Origin: a virus
Lineage: Duplodnaviria > Caudoviricetes
Reading direction: 5' to 3' (one strand)
DNA length: 64,000 nt
Virus record (IMG/VR): IMGVR_UViG_3300020045_001604
Coordinates: 1-64,000 of that record
Shown: positions 18,130 to 25,839 of the stretch, in pieces
Position numbering within the stretch: position 1 is the first letter of the stretch
Layout of the letters: the number at the start of each line of letters is the position of its first letter
Made by a program: the position numbers and the translations under genes
The notes under the pieces: generated by a model
Database searches by the model: none
Told to the model about the DNA's origin: nothing
Seen by the model: only the letters and a program-made list of their open reading frames with translations

Positions 18130-18399
18130 TATGATCGTGTACGGAATATCGTTGATTAGCATTGTGTAACCGGCTCCCTTATCATAATATATAAAGTCCC
18201 CTTCTTTTACACAGTCTACATTGGTGCCAGGTCGAATGACCTGGCCTTTTTTGTAGCGAAACTTTTCGTTATCACTTCCTGACAGCAGCAGTCCAGAGTC
18301 TGTCTGGATCTGCTCGTCAATCGCGTTTATTACTATGTACTTATTTATTGGTTGAAATTTACTCATTTTGTTTTCTGATGTGTTATTAGCTGTCCACAT
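18100..18399 (-). CDS. groS: Co-chaperonin GroES (probable start at MSKFQP)
   Basis: QPINKYIVI..TDSGLLL..GQVIRPG..VKEGDFIYY..IILERDVVVV is the Cpn10 signature. Confidence 0.85.
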   Translation of the reverse strand: MWTANNTSENKMSKFQPINKYIVINAIDEQIQTDSGLLLSGSDNEKFRYKKGQVIRPGTNVDCVKEGDFIYYDKGAGYTMLINDIPYTIILERDVVVVL

Positions 18400-18400
18400 G

Positions 18401-20005
18401 TTATGCTCTTGCCATTGTTATAATTGCGTTAGTACTAAGCACTGTTGTCGATACTGATACGGCATTCTTCAGCGCGTTCTTTGTTACCTTTAATGGATCG
18501 ATTACTCCCATCTTGTACATGTCGCCGGTTGTCATGTTCTTGATATCGAATCCGACAGTGTATCCTTGACATCCTTCCATCAACTCGTATCCGTCTAGTC
18601 CTGCATTCTCGAATATCTGTAGTAGTGGTGCCTGAATGGCTCTTGCCACAATATGCATTGCCGCGTACTGCTCGGCGCTGATGTCTTCGATCATGTCGTC
18701 TGCATCTGCAATGATCGCGTACGACTCGTTGAACAGCGCTACTCCACCACCAGGTAAGATGCCCTCCTCCAGTGCAGATCGTACCGCGCATACTGCGTCG
18801 TCTACCCTGTCCTTGCGTTCTTTCTGTTCTAGGTCAGAGTTTCCTCCGACGTGAATCACGGCAATTCCACCTGTCAAGCTGGCGATACGCTCCTTGATAA
18901 AGTCCTGGTCATTCTTTTTATTACTCAAGTCGTGAGCCTGCCATAACTGAGCTACTCTTTCTTCTACCACGTCAGTGGTCGATTCTGATTTTATAATTGA
19001 CGCCGATTCCCTTCCAACGATTACACGCTTAGCCTTACCAAGTGACTCGATTGTCATAAGGCTCAGGTCGTCTCCAGTCTGTTCTGAGAAGTACTTAGCA
19101 CCTACTGCCAACGCGATGTCGTTCATCAGTTCGTTTCTCTTGTAACCAAACTCAGGCGGTGTGATGTTACAGAACTTAAGTCCTTTCTGCACTACGTTGA
19201 TTGCCAGTGTGTTAATTACGTTTTGACTGCACGGACCGATGATCAATAGTTTTTTTCCTGTTTGGATTACGTCTCTAAGTACATTCTCGATCGATAGGAT
19301 GTTGTTGATCTCCTGATCCGTAACCAGAATGTGTACGTCCTCTAGTATGCACTCGTCCTTTCTGTGGTCGTTAACGAATAGTTGTGACGTGTATCCTCTG
19401 TTTACTTTGATACCGTTGGTGTACTCGCAGTAGGTCTCGGCCGTCTGTGAGTTTTCAACCGTTACGATACCGGTCTTGCCCACCTTGTCGTACGCTTCAG
19501 AGATCAAGTTACCAATCTCAGAGTCGTTGTTGGCAGATATCGACGCCACGTTGTTCAACGTCTTGCCCGTTACCTTTTTTGAGCGCTTCTCTAGTCGACT
19601 GATTAACTTGTTTGTTGTGTCGTTGATCTGTCTGATCACCTCTGTTGTGTTCAGGTTACTAGTGATCATGTCCTGACCGTGCTTTACCAGTGCCTCTGTT
19701 AGTACGATAGCCGTTGTGGTACCGTCACCAGCGCTTGTCGCGGTGCGGTCGGCCGCCTCTTTCATCATCTTTACTGCCAGGTTCTCTACCGGGTCTAGTA
19801 GGTCAATTGATTTAGCAACTGTTACGCCGTCCTTAGTTACTGTAATACCGTGCGTGTGGTTTATCGACTCGATTAGTACGGTCTTTCCGCGCGGTCCTAG
19901 TGTGCTCTTTACTGCCTTGGCAATCGTGGTGATGCCGTTGATTAGTTTTTCTCGTCCTTCTTGTTCAAAGTCTAGAACTTTTGGACTGTATCCGAAGTTT
20001 GTCAT
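18401..20005 (-). CDS. groL: Chaperonin GroEL (534 aa)
   Basis: TLGPRGKTV, TKDGVTVAK, AGDGTTTA, RIASLTGGIAVI, GILPGGG and GVIDP.KV motifs. Confidence 0.97.
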   Translation of the reverse strand: MTNFGYSPKVLDFEQEGREKLINGITTIAKAVKSTLGPRGKTVLIESINHTHGITVTKDGVTVAKSIDLLDPVENLAVKMMKEAADRTATSAGDGTTTAIVLTEALVKHGQDMITSNLNTTEVIRQINDTTNKLISRLEKRSKKVTGKTLNNVASISANNDSEIGNLISEAYDKVGKTGIVTVENSQTAETYCEYTNGIKVNRGYTSQLFVNDHRKDECILEDVHILVTDQEINNILSIENVLRDVIQTGKKLLIIGPCSQNVINTLAINVVQKGLKFCNITPPEFGYKRNELMNDIALAVGAKYFSEQTGDDLSLMTIESLGKAKRVIVGRESASIIKSESTTDVVEERVAQLWQAHDLSNKKNDQDFIKERIASLTGGIAVIHVGGNSDLEQKERKDRVDDAVCAVRSALEEGILPGGGVALFNESYAIIADADDMIEDISAEQYAAMHIVARAIQAPLLQIFENAGLDGYELMEGCQGYTVGFDIKNMTTGDMYKMGVIDPLKVTKNALKNAVSVSTTVLSTNAIITMARA

Positions 20006-20028
20006 TATGTATTAGATTTAATTCTCGA

Positions 20029-20036
20029 CAAATATA
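20029..20036 (-). promoter_or_regulatory. -7 promoter box for groL-groS
   Basis: TATATTTG on minus, 23 nt upstream of the groL ATG. A hairpin AGCACCC-GTTA-GGGTGCT near 20059-20076 would terminate the upstream genes. Confidence 0.6.
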
Positions 20037-20114
20037 CATATTATTTATTAAAAACAAAAGCACCCGTTAGGGTGCTCGTTCTAAACAAAAATGTTTAGGC
20101 AAAGAATGGATTTT

Positions 20115-20431
20115 CTATTTCTTTTTCCTGAATGACATTGTCGGCATAGTCTTAGCTAGGTTAATGGCGTTAGCCATCGTCATAGATTTTTCCATCATCT
20201 CTTTAGCCTCGTGCATGGTCTTTTTAGCCTTGGCCATTCTGTACAATCCGATCTCCTGTGTTGGCATCGGCTTGTTGTTGTTTTCTAGTTTTATTCCCAT
20301 CTTATGTGTATACTTATAAATGTTAGATATATTATTAACTCTCCGTAGTCGAACTCCTCGTCCTTACCGTAATATCCCCATCCAATTGCTGGACCGATAT
20401 TGAATCTTGATTGAATTTCTATTTCTGTCAT
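20115..20431 (-). CDS. Two small hypothetical proteins (20115..20300, 61 aa; 20291..20431, 46 aa, not in track)
   Basis: Second ORF reads MTEIEIQSRFNIGPAIGWGYYGKDEEFDYGELIIYLTFISIHIRWE; TACCTTTG box at 20436-20443 (minus). Confidence 0.6.
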
Positions 20432-20696
20432 GCTACAAAGGTAATAAAATTATTTGATTGTTATTATACACAAAATGTCTAGGAATGTCTAGAATATCGA
20501 ACATTGTTCATTATATTTGAATGTTCATTGACAATGAACGCTGATTTTAAATGAACAGGTTACCCACCTGTATAATAACGGCAATTATCGCCGGTATTTG
20601 CCAACTTTATATGCGGTATAGTGCATTTATTGTTGGGAAAAGTACTCTCCTATATGTTATAGCATATAAAAATGTATTATATCGCATTATTATATG

Positions 20697-20740
20697 TAAA
20701 AGCATCGGCGCCCGGGACTGCCCAGGCCTAAACCGATGCC
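20697..20740 (-). terminator. Terminator-like hairpin closing the tRNA/ncRNA transcript
   Basis: Minus strand GCATCGG..GCCTGGG-CAGT-CCCGGGC..CCGATGC followed by TTTTAC. Confidence 0.5.
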
Positions 20741-20799
20741 TTAAATAAACGACCTTCGCTGGGACGCTGTTCTACGGGTAGCGTCGAAGGTACTGTTTG

Positions 20800-20873
20800 T
20801 GGTCCCACATGGGCTCGAACCATGGACATCCTGATTATGAGTCAGACGCTCTAACCAACTGAGCTATGGGACC
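20800..20873 (-). tRNA. tRNA with CAT anticodon, most likely tRNA-Ile2 (lysidine type)
   Basis: GGTCCCA/TGGGACC acceptor, AGCTCAGTTGGTTAGAGC D arm, TCTGA-CTCATAA-TCAGG anticodon arm, CATGG-TTCGAGC-CCATG T arm, discriminator A, CCA not encoded. The CTGACTCATAATCAG arm is Ile2-like; Met is not excluded. Confidence 0.9.
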
Positions 20874-20999
20874 GGTTGCCTTTTTGAACGACGTCGAGAA
20901 AGCTAACTCTATCTCCTATACGATGAGAACAACCTCTTGCGCACTGATCTTACGGGAAGTGTGTTGTGTTTTACGATCCCCTCGCGAGCGGGGCTTTTG

Positions 21000-21079
21000 T
21001 GATTGAGGTGAGATTCGAACTCACATATCACCAGTATATTTTTCAATACTGGCTGCCTAAACCGTTCAGCCACTCAATC
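21000..21079 (-). ncRNA. tRNA-like RNA with extended anticodon arm (Ser-TGA-like)
   Basis: GATTGAG/CTCAATC acceptor, GGCTGAACGGTTTAGGC D arm, GTGAG-TTCGAAT-CTCAC T arm. The anticodon region CCAGTAT-TGAAAAAT-ATACTGG has a 7-bp stem and 8-nt loop; no long variable arm. Confidence 0.7.
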
Positions 21080-21185
21080 TCCACTAAGGCAGCGGCGTCC
21101 TTAGTCGCACTTTTCAGGTGATCAGCCTGGAGGTTTTGTTTTAGCCCGGGTGTATTTAACCTCTTAAACCAGGATCCGCTTATCG

Positions 21186-21288
21186 AGACCGAGACAGGAT
21201 TCGAACCTGTAAGAGTTAATATCTCAACACAGTTGTGCTTACTTTACACCAATACTTTCTGCAATGTTTACCATTCCATCACTCGGTC
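21186..21288 (-). ncRNA. tRNA-like RNA (Leu-type scaffold) with 26-nt anticodon loop
   Basis: GACCGAG/CTCGGTC acceptor, GTGATGGAATGGTAAACAT D arm, ACAGG-TTCGAAT-CCTGT T arm, TGCAG/CTGTG stem around a 26-nt loop, small variable hairpin GAG/CTC. Confidence 0.7.
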
Positions 21289-21444
21289 ATTTGCGGTTCG
21301 TTGCCTCTTTATACTTGCACCGCTAGACAAGTCTCATAACCGTCGGACAACTACGTCGAGAGTTTAATATTCACTGCAACTCACAAGCGTTCCCTAACAT
21401 CAGAGACCAATCTTACAAGTTTAACGTGCATGTAAGAGCACTGT

Positions 21445-21666
21445 TTATTGTACAACTTTAATTACGTTACCGTTTTTACTGATGACTACGGTCAAGTCGA
21501 ACTGCTTGTCCAGGTAGTTCATTATCTCGTGAATGTCCCCGTTCATAAAGAACATGTGGAAGTGATTGAAGTGAATGTTCCTACCCGTCTTCTCTACAAA
21601 GTAACGATGGAACCAGCTGATCGGCATGTCGTCCTGCGTTCGTAACTTAATGTATTCGTATTTCAT
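21445..21666 (-). CDS. Hypothetical protein heading the ncRNA transcript (73 aa)
   Basis: ORF with a TATATTTG box at 21671-21678 immediately upstream. Confidence 0.6.
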   Translation of the reverse strand: MKYEYIKLRTQDDMPISWFHRYFVEKTGRNIHFNHFHMFFMNGDIHEIMNYLDKQFDLTVVISKNGNVIKVVQ

Positions 21667-21971
21667 TTGGCAAATATAAATATTATTTTCGATTGCCGCA
21701 AGACTTTTTTAAAAAATGTTAGATATGTGGGGGGTTTGGGTTATATATAGATATTGCGGATGGGATGCCAAAACGAAAACGACTTAAAAATCGATGGTGG
21801 GGGTGTGATTTCATTGGACTTGCCGAGAATTTTTGGCTTTTTCTGGACTGCCCTACCCCTACACGCAGGTGTCTACTATATCACGCGCATACACGTACTA
21901 CTATACGCGCACGTACACGTACCTATAGTTCACTTTTTTTACCGAGAGTAAACGATCTGATCCATACCAAA

Positions 21972-22271
21972 CTATTCCAGTCGTTTACGTTTCTGATATA
22001 ATCTATCTCTCTCGTTGATACGTTCTTTGTTATCAATCTTATACTGCTTATCATACTCTCTCTTTAATTCCTTGCGCGAGTCTCTGTATTGTTTTAATCG
22101 TTCCTTATTGTCAACACCAAAGTCTTTGAAATAACTTTTATCACACGTCTTGCAAATAGGTCTCAATCCGTCAACCTTACTTTTGTCCTTTCTGAAATTC
22201 GTAGCATCACTTTCAATACTACATTTTGTACATTTTTTCATACCATTTATTTTTGTGCAAAGATACAACAT
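21972..22271 (-). pseudogene. N-terminal Zn-finger fragment of an HNH-type endonuclease (probable start MKKCTKC, about 22241)
   Basis: CxxC..F.KDKS..DGL...CK.C followed by a helical linker, then a stop before any catalytic HNH domain. TATCTTTG box at 22258-22265. Confidence 0.5.
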
Positions 22272-22610
22272 ATGTCTATATGACGATTAAGCACCTAATC
22301 CATGACAAACTATGACGAAATATGACGCCAAATGACAAGATTTAAAATAATTGTCATGGCGCTAGGCCACGCCAGTAAAGGAAAGTTTACGAAATATGAC
22401 GCCATGACGTTTTTATTCCTATATAGGGCTATATACGTTTTTATATATATATTATTTTTTTTTTAAATGCATTTAGGATAGTAAAAATCGACATAACGTC
22501 ATAAAACGTTAATTATCAGTTAGTTAACGAAAAAAACTCGACATAAAATCGACATAAATTTCCAAAACTCGACATAATCCCAGTGTTTACGGGACTTCCC
22601 GCGTCATGAG
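22270..22610. repeat. Iteron-like inverted heptamer array around an AT-rich core; candidate replication origin
   Basis: (T/C/A)ATGAC(G/A) at 22279, 22301, 22311, 22321, 22331, 22395, 22403; opposite-orientation CG(A/T)CAT(A/G) at 22489, 22498, 22539, 22550, 22570, 22602; TATATATAT and T-run core at about 22420-22480. Confidence 0.6.
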
Positions 22611-22896
22611 ATTATTTGCGTGTGAATTGGTTTATGCGTAGATATACAGAGACTTGAAATAGCCCACGTCCAAACCTTCCCCACACAAATCCAATAGTAA
22701 GCAAATACAATCCGTAAAACACTGATAATCAATACATTAAACAAACTTCGTTATTTTTTGTTGAATAATTGTCAATATCAACACAAATCTGTTGCATTAT
22801 TCTCATCAAAATAATCAATTCACTGAGAATGTCATAAAAATTAGAACAAAATCAAAAATAATTAAACTTTTATTTTTTTATTCAAAACTAACGGCG

Positions 22897-22904
22897 TAGG
22901 TTTG
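22897..22904 (+). promoter_or_regulatory. -7 promoter box for the early transcript
   Basis: TAGGTTTG after a long AT-rich region and before a structured ~270-nt leader. Confidence 0.55.
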
Positions 22905-23107
22905 TCCTGTTCAAATGAGCGACTGGAGTTAACCAGTTATTAAATCGGGTGTTAGGCTTCCCTATTAGCAAGTAGCGAGACCACAGCGATAAAGTGGCGG
23001 GAGTCAAACAAGACTATAAAATTGGGTGTAGCTACTCTGGAATATGCGGTCAAAGTAATCCGCGAAGTCCGAAGCTACGATACTGCCAACTACATAGGCA
23101 AAGGTCG

Positions 23108-23164
23108 TTGACGTATATGGATGTGTTATCCATACTGATGAGTCGCAGAACGACGAAACGTTAA
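23108..23164 (+). ncRNA. Hammerhead ribozyme HH1, type III
   Basis: Stem III TTGACGT/ACGTTAA; cleavage triplet GUA (23113-23115); stem I TATGGAT-GTGTT-ATCCATA; core CTGATGA; stem II GTCG-CAGAA-CGAC; GAAA. Confidence 0.93.
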
Positions 23165-23173
23165 TTACTTATT

Positions 23174-23410
23174 ATGAAAGCAGAAATTTTAAAAGCAGTA
23201 GAAAACAATAAAAAAGTAATAGTATATGATTTAATTTTTACATCATTCAGAAATTGGAATGGAGAAAGAGAGTATAAAATGCAAAGTGATAGAAATAGAG
23301 ATAAATGGAAAACTTATGATTCAGAAAAAGAATATATAAAGGCAATAATGCAAAGAGTAAATTATTACATCAAAAGAGGATTTCCTAATGTAATAGAAAT
23401 TCAAGGTTAA
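23174..23410 (+). CDS. Early hypothetical protein between HH1 and HH2 (78 aa)
   Basis: ORF starts 9 nt after HH1; its TAA lies in the 5' strand of HH2 stem I. Confidence 0.7.
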   Translation: MKAEILKAVENNKKVIVYDLIFTSFRNWNGEREYKMQSDRNRDKWKTYDSEKEYIKAIMQRVNYYIKRGFPNVIEIQG

Positions 23411-23454
23411 CTGACGAGTCTTAAATAGACGAAACGCCGAGAGGCGTCTTAACC
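23405..23454 (+). ncRNA. Hammerhead ribozyme HH2, type I
   Basis: Stem I GGTTAA/TTAACC; core CTGACGA; stem II GTCT-TAAAT-AGAC; GAA; stem III ACGCC-GAGA-GGCGT; cleavage after GUC at 23448. Confidence 0.93.
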
Positions 23455-23470
23455 AATTAAATTAATTATT

Positions 23471-23722
23471 ATGAATTCAATATCAAAAACACATAGAGGA
23501 TGTACTTACTTTGGAAGTTCTGAAGAAGCGATAAATAAAACAATACAGGAAGCAGAATTTCAACGCTCAATTTTTTATAGAAGCAGCGTATATGCTTACT
23601 CTTGTTTTGCTAGATTATTAAATGACAACTCAGTAGAATTTACAGAATCTTTTAATAACGGAGAGCGTCGTAAAACATCTAACTTTAAAAGTAAAGATGA
23701 TTTTTGGAATAGCAAAGGTTAA
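23471..23722 (+). CDS. Early hypothetical protein between HH2 and HH3 (83 aa)
   Basis: ORF whose TAA lies in the 5' strand of HH3 stem I. Confidence 0.7.
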   Translation: MNSISKTHRGCTYFGSSEEAINKTIQEAEFQRSIFYRSSVYAYSCFARLLNDNSVEFTESFNNGERRKTSNFKSKDDFWNSKG

Positions 23723-23767
23723 CTGACGAGATCTAAATGATCGAAACGGGCACTGCCCGTCTTAACC
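23717..23767 (+). ncRNA. Hammerhead ribozyme HH3, type I
   Basis: Stem I GGTTAA/TTAACC; core CTGACGA; stem II GATC-TAAAT-GATC; GAA; stem III ACGGGC-ACT-GCCCGT; cleavage after GUC at 23761. Confidence 0.93.
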
Positions 23768-24105
23768 AATTTAATTATTTAACATCATGACAAAATCACA
23801 AAAGCAAGGTAGACTATACCTACAGGTAACAATCGTATTAGTAATAGTAATCTTTAATCTACTAGCATATGCAGTATCATAGCAACAACGAAATAGAACG
23901 TCTATACCTAGACTACGTAAACAACTGGCTAAGCGCAACAAACTGGGCAAGCCACCACGGACTAAACAAGCACCAATCAAATTACATCTTAAAAAAAGGC
24001 AAATCATTATGGCGACAAAAATCTACAACAAGATAAGCAAGTTCCTATTCGGAGACAACAAGGGCGTAACACAAAGACACTTTTAATAATCTAAATTAAT
24101 TAATC

Positions 24106-24656
24106 ATGAAAGCAACTTTAAACATCGGATTAAACAACAACCCATTGAGCCAAGAGGCAATCATCAACAAGTTAAGAGAGGACTACGACATCGACACGTA
24201 CAAGTTCGGCATCGGACGATACGAGGACGAGCACGAGCCGACTCTTATTGTAGAGCTAGAGAGTACATACGCTAGGACTAGCCACTTCATTAAGAAGATC
24301 GAAGAGTTGTCCACGATACTAACACAGAACTGCATCGCGGTAAGCACAGACCAGTTCGACCTACTAGTGTACGCACAGAACTACAACGGACAACGCTACA
24401 AGTTTGATAACCAATACTTTATACGATAATGACACTACAACTATACCGCAGACAACTATCTAACAACGCGCTGACTATCGACGATGGTGGTCAGCCGTTC
24501 TTTATCCCGAAGAGTTTCGAGCACACGATAGTTAACGACTACCTAGTAGTTGTAGACGTACCGAAGTGGTTCGAGGATAAGCACGAGGACACGCTAGAGA
24601 GAATTAAAACAAGCACCAACCTAACAATAAAAAGACTAGGTGACCATATATCATAA
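24106..24656 (+). CDS. Two early hypothetical proteins (24106..24429, 107 aa; 24429..24656, 75 aa)
   Basis: Abutting ORFs with A-rich initiation regions. Confidence 0.65.
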
Positions 24657-24788
24657 CTCCTTTCCAACTTTGAAATGTAGGCCGTGTTGTTGGTTGTATC
24701 GCTACGTTTGTATGGTCACTGAATTGGAAAGATTTGAATTCAAGACGTAAAACAACACATAAGTGACTGCTAGGAAAGACTAGCACAC

Positions 24789-24928
24789 GAAGAGGTGGCG
24801 GAAAAGGAAGACGCTAAATACTTAATATGATTTAACTTATGGAGTTAAGTATAAAAAATCCAATCATTGTAAATTCGTTTAAAATTTTGATAAAAATCAT
24901 AGTGCAGGTTCGAGTCCTGCCCTCTTCA
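24789..24928 (+). ncRNA. tRNA-like RNA (Leu-type scaffold) with 89-nt AT-rich insert replacing the anticodon/variable arms
   Basis: GAAGAGG/CCTCTTC-A acceptor; GTGGCGGAAAAGGAAGACGC D arm; GCAGG-TTCGAGT-CCTGC T arm; internal ATACTTAA/TTAAGTAT stem. Confidence 0.7.
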
Positions 24929-24951
24929 CTAACCTTAAATTAATTAATAAC

Positions 24952-25839
24952 ATGAGAGTAATTATCACACAAGGCGACTACGGATTCGGTCGCAACTGGA
25001 CGCTAGAGTACAACAAAAAACAATTCTTCCTAGGCCAAGACGTAAAGTTCTGTCAAAGGGTTTTAGGTATAGGGCCTAGAGTAATCATTGATGTAATTGG
25101 AACGGCAGAGATTGACAACAACACAATAGGCAACAAGAAACTGGCCAAGTTTATTGTAAGCCAACTGGGGTTGACGCGACAAAATGTAAAACAACTTAAT
25201 ACTTGGGAACTATGTGCACAATAGCAGACAACAACAAACTTATAGCCGAGTTTATCGGTTACCCATCAAAAAGCATAGACTCAATAGAAGCTACGCTAAT
25301 AGAGAACTCCTATCATTGGTACTCGGGACGGAAAAAATTCTACTATATAAGTGGAGACTATCACGCAGAAGACTACTTGCTATTCCATTTAGATTGGAAC
25401 TGGTTAATGAGTGTAGTAGATAGGATAGAGTCTATGTCTTATGCAAAGGGAAGACGATACTACCTATCAGTAGACAAGTCACACGTACAGATAAGGATAG
25501 ATAGAATGAACTACCAACCTTATAGCAAGTGGGGTTTAAGTAACGACAAATTAAAAGCAACATACAAAGCAGTAATCGAATTTATTAATTTTTATAACAG
25601 ACAACAAAATGAAAACTAAAAACCCAACGGCATTTCCATTAAAACACGCAGACGACAAGTTCAATCCAGGCATGACACTACGCGACTACTTCGCAGGTCA
25701 AGTACTAACTGGAATACTATTAGACCATGAGGCTTGGAGCATAGGAACAATATCAAATGATATAGCTATTAGAGCATATCAAATAGCCGAAGCAATGTTA
25801 AAAAGAAGAAAAGAATATGAGTCTGAAGATAACAGATAG
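24952..25839 (+). CDS. Three early hypothetical proteins (24952..25224; 25203..25619; 25609..25839)
   Basis: Overlapping ORFs. 25609 carries the common phage AFP..GMTLRDYFA motif and 25203 the FH.DWNWLM.VV..IE motif. Confidence 0.65.

Noticed and set aside
18435-20015. ORFs overlapping groL (18435, 18636, 19476, 19716)
   Set aside because: Alternate or antisense frames of a highly conserved gene, with no independent signals.
20740-20799. Theta/HDV-like ribozyme at the tRNA 3' end
   Set aside because: Folds as a simple hairpin (ACCTTCG/CGAAGGT, ACGCT/AGCGT); no nested double pseudoknot or catalytic C strand could be assigned.
23024-23078. Twister or pistol ribozyme in the early leader
   Set aside because: Stems exist, but the twister L4 (UCCYAAGC) and GAGGG pairing and the pistol pseudoknot are absent; kept only as an unknown structure.
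22270-23770. CRISPR array
   Set aside because: Repeats are 7-mers or ribozyme borders separated by ORFs; there is no regular repeat-spacer period and no cas genes.
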